Source: Octopus vulgaris
Taxonomy: Eukaryota
Assembly: GCA_951406725.2 (NCBI GenBank)
Contig: OX597817.1
Location: 41,912,001-41,976,000 of the forward strand
DNA: 64,000 nt
Direction of reading: 5' to 3'
The notes under the pieces were generated by a model that made no database searches, had not been told where the DNA came from, and was given only the letters and a program-made list of their open reading frames with translations. Numbering within the stretch: the first letter of the stretch is position 1; each line of letters opens with the position of its first letter. A program made the position numbers and the translations under genes. Positions 63,961-64,000 of this stretch are shown here, piece after piece.

Positions 63961-64000
63961 GCTTGGTTCTGATTTTAAATTCTGGCAAGATTGATTTTAC

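Overview
AT-rich, microsatellite-saturated eukaryotic DNA. The repeat families look like those of an octopod cephalopod; this is an inference from recognition, not a search. No host protein-coding gene can be supported, and most listed ORFs are artefacts of simple repeats. The window is a nest of mobile elements: several tRNA-derived SINE families, RTE- and CR1-like LINE fragments, a Ty3/Gypsy gag remnant, and Tc1/mariner, hAT and piggyBac-type non-autonomous elements. The unifying signal is Penelope-like retroelements (PLEs) at several scales. (1) A near-complete 5.4-kb Neptune/Nematis-type PLE (28677-34106, minus strand) has RT, a C-terminal GIY-YIG endonuclease and inverted pseudo-LTRs. It appears to have two ORFs joined by an in-phase U_UUU_UUA -1 slippery site, and its conserved RT-ORF N-terminus has no start codon. 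(2) A tRNA-headed SINE-like family carries a minimal hammerhead ribozyme, and one copy shows a PLE-style inverted 3' duplication. (3) Many short fold-back elements sit in or next to (TA)n tracts, several with hammerhead cores. Most coordinates for decayed repeats are approximate.
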